Shown here one piece after another: positions 44,637 through 46,446 of a stretch of 46,446 nt of DNA (positions are counted from its first letter, which is position 1; the number at the start of each line of letters is the position of its first letter). Origin of the DNA: Kurthia senegalensis. GTDB lineage: Bacteria > Bacteroidota > Bacteroidia > Bacteroidales > UBA932. The DNA lies in NCBI GenBank assembly GCA_963620825.1, contig CAVFAZ010000061.1, positions 1-46,446 of the forward strand, in the 5' to 3' direction. Both the position numbers and the translations under genes were made by a program. The notes beneath the pieces were generated by a model. It did not search any database and was not told where the DNA came from. It saw only the letters and a program-made list of their open reading frames with translations.

Positions 44637-46446
44637 ATGCAACATAAAGTTATTGATGCTAAAGATGTTGTGATTCGTTTTGCGGGAGATTCAGGTGACG
44701 GAATGCAGCTCACCGGGTCTCTTTTTGCTGATATGTCCGCCATTTACGGCAACGAACTCTCGACATTCCCCGACTATCCTGCCGAGATCAGAGCCCCGCA
44801 CGACACCGTTTCCGGCGTGTCCGGATTCCAGGTGCACATCGGCAGCCAGGATGTTAACACCCCGGGCGATTACTGCGATCTGCTCGTGGCGATGAACCCT
44901 GCCGCTCTGAAGGCAAATGCGAAATGGTGCAAGCGTCACGCGATGATTCTCGTCGATCAGGACGCATTCAGCGACGCCTCTATGGAAAGAGCCGGCTTCG
45001 CCACGAAGGATCCGTTCACCGAGCTCCACGTGGAGGACCGCACACTCATCATTTCTCCTATCACCACCCTCACCGAGGAGTGTCTGAAGGACAGCGGGAT
45101 GGACAGCAAGAGCATACACAAATGCAAGAATATGTTCACTCTGGGTATGGCCTGCTTCATCTACAGCCGTCCTCTGGAGTATATATTCCAGTATCTGGAG
45201 CGCAAGTTCTCGAAGAAGCATCCGGAGATGATAGAGCCGAACAAGAAAGTCCTCAATGCGGGCTACAACTATGCGGCGAACGTCCAGCTCATCCCGAACA
45301 CCTATACCATCGCTCCTGCCGAACACAAGAAGAAAGGCACATACCGCAATATCACGGGTAACCAGGCCGTAGCCTGGGGTCTGCTTGCAGCCTCGGAGAA
45401 ATCCGGACTCCCGCTTTTCTGCGGTTCATATCCTATCACGCCTGCTACCGCCATACTCGAGGAACTGGCCATCCACAAGAGCCTGGGCGCCAAGACATTG
45501 CAGGCTGAGGACGAGATTGCCGGCATCTGTACGGCGATCGGAGCCTCCTTCGCCGGAGACCTTGCCGTCACCACCACTTCAGGCCCGGGTCTCTCCCTCA
45601 AGAGCGAGGCCCTCGGACTGGCAGTGATGACCGAACTTCCTCTCGTCGTGGTCGATGTCCAGAGAGCCGGTCCTTCCACCGGTATCCCTACGAAGACCGA
45701 GCAGACCGACCTGAACCAGGCCCTCTACGGCCGCAACGGCGAGTGCCCTATCCCTGTGATAGCGGCCCACTCTCCTGCACACTGCTTTGACGCTGCCTTT
45801 ATGGCCTGCAAGATAGCCCTGGAGCATATGACTCCTGTGATGCTGCTTTCCGAAGGATTCCTTGGAAACGGCAGCGAGCCTTGGCTCATTCCTTCGATGA
45901 AGGATTATCCTGAAATCCATCCGCCTTTCGCAGAGTCCTGCGAGGGCAAGTTCAAGCCTTTCGAAAGGGATCCTGAAACGCTCGTTCGCAAATGGGCCCT
46001 TCCTGGACAGAAAGGATTCGAGCACAGAGTAGGCGGCCTGGAGAAGACCCACGAGGGCGTGCTCTCGTCAGATCCTGCAAATCACGAGCTTATGGTTCAC
46101 GAACGCGCCGAGAAAGTCGCAAGAATCGCGAACTGTATTCCAGAACAGACATTGGCCTTCGGCCCTGAAAAGGGGAAACTCCTGGTCGTAGGCTGGGGCG
46201 GAACTTACGGACACCTGCTTTCCGCAGTCCACGAGGTCGGCGAGCAGGTGGCATACACGCACTTCGACTTCATCGACCCGCTTCCGCGCAATACGAAGGA
46301 ACTCTTCTCGCATTATGACAAGATTCTCGTGTGCGAGCTTAACAGCGGACAGTTCGCAGCCTATCTGCGCAATCTGTTCCCGGAGTGCAATTTCGTGAAG
46401 TATAACAAGGTACAGGGCCAGCCTTTCCTTATCGGCGAGCTGGTTG
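44637..46446 (+). CDS. 2-oxoacid:acceptor (ferredoxin) oxidoreductase subunit alpha, KorA-like (runs off the right edge)
   Basis: Not in the ORF track. Manual translation gives MQHKVIDAKDVVIRFAGDSGDGMQLTG, then YPAEIRAP, GSYPITPA, QAEDEIAG, TSGPG, QRAGPSTGIPTK and ELNSGQ, with no stop seen at the window end. Confidence 0.95.
   Translation, partial: MQHKVIDAKDVVIRFAGDSGDGMQLTGSLFADMSAIYGNELSTFPDYPAEIRAPHDTVSGVSGFQVHIGSQDVNTPGDYCDLLVAMNPAALKANAKWCKRHAMILVDQDAFSDASMERAGFATKDPFTELHVEDRTLIISPITTLTEECLKDSGMDSKSIHKCKNMFTLGMACFIYSRPLEYIFQYLERKFSKKHPEMIEPNKKVLNAGYNYAANVQLIPNTYTIAPAEHKKKGTYRNITGNQAVAWGLLAASEKSGLPLFCGSYPITPATAILEELAIHKSLGAKTLQAEDEIAGICTAIGASFAGDLAVTTTSGPGLSLKSEALGLAVMTELPLVVVDVQRAGPSTGIPTKTEQTDLNQALYGRNGECPIPVIAAHSPAHCFDAAFMACKIALEHMTPVMLLSEGFLGNGSEPWLIPSMKDYPEIHPPFAESCEGKFKPFERDPETLVRKWALPGQKGFEHRVGGLEKTHEGVLSSDPANHELMVHERAEKVARIANCIPEQTLAFGPEKGKLLVVGWGGTYGHLLSAVHEVGEQVAYTHFDFIDPLPRNTKELFSHYDKILVCELNSGQFAAYLRNLFPECNFVKYNKVQGQPFLIGELV

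Overview
A gene-dense, moderately GC-rich chromosomal window from a Bacteroidota (Bacteroidales-type) bacterium. The assignment is inferred from repeated TAnnTTTG -7 promoter boxes, the murF-less dcw gene order, and bamD-rpoZ and uppS-bamA-skp synteny. It holds mostly housekeeping genes: partial gltX; the dcw cluster (mraZ, rsmH, ftsL, ftsI, murE, mraY, murD, ftsW, murG, murC, ftsQ, ftsA, ftsZ); miaB; a LEA2-SPOR-rpoN operon; radC; an OadA/PycB-like carboxyltransferase; trxB-bamD-rpoZ-recN; two Fur-family regulators; a NigD-like lipoprotein; tRNA-His and tRNA-Pro; an ECF sigma with a probable dual-membrane-spanning anti-sigma; rfbB, truB, rpiB, a YgjP-like peptidase, a LysM protein, a GT4 glycosyltransferase, two Skp/OmpH paralogs, pdxJ, nadK, uppS and bamA; and a partial 2-oxoacid:ferredoxin oxidoreductase alpha subunit. 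I see no CRISPR array, integrase, transposase, phage gene or recognisable defence system, so I cannot claim a large new system. The unusual signals are small-scale: (i) an 86-bp tandem duplication of the miaB 3' end ending in a synonymously recoded spare C-terminus; (ii) at least three families of short palindromic (REP-like) repeats, two of which also sit in frame inside coding sequences; (iii) a 43/44-nt inverted repeat bracketing a 2.4-kb four-gene block next to tRNA-Pro; (iv) a consensus sigma-54 site upstream of the rpoN operon; and (v) a PerR-like/NigD/ECF/anti-sigma cluster beside trxB.
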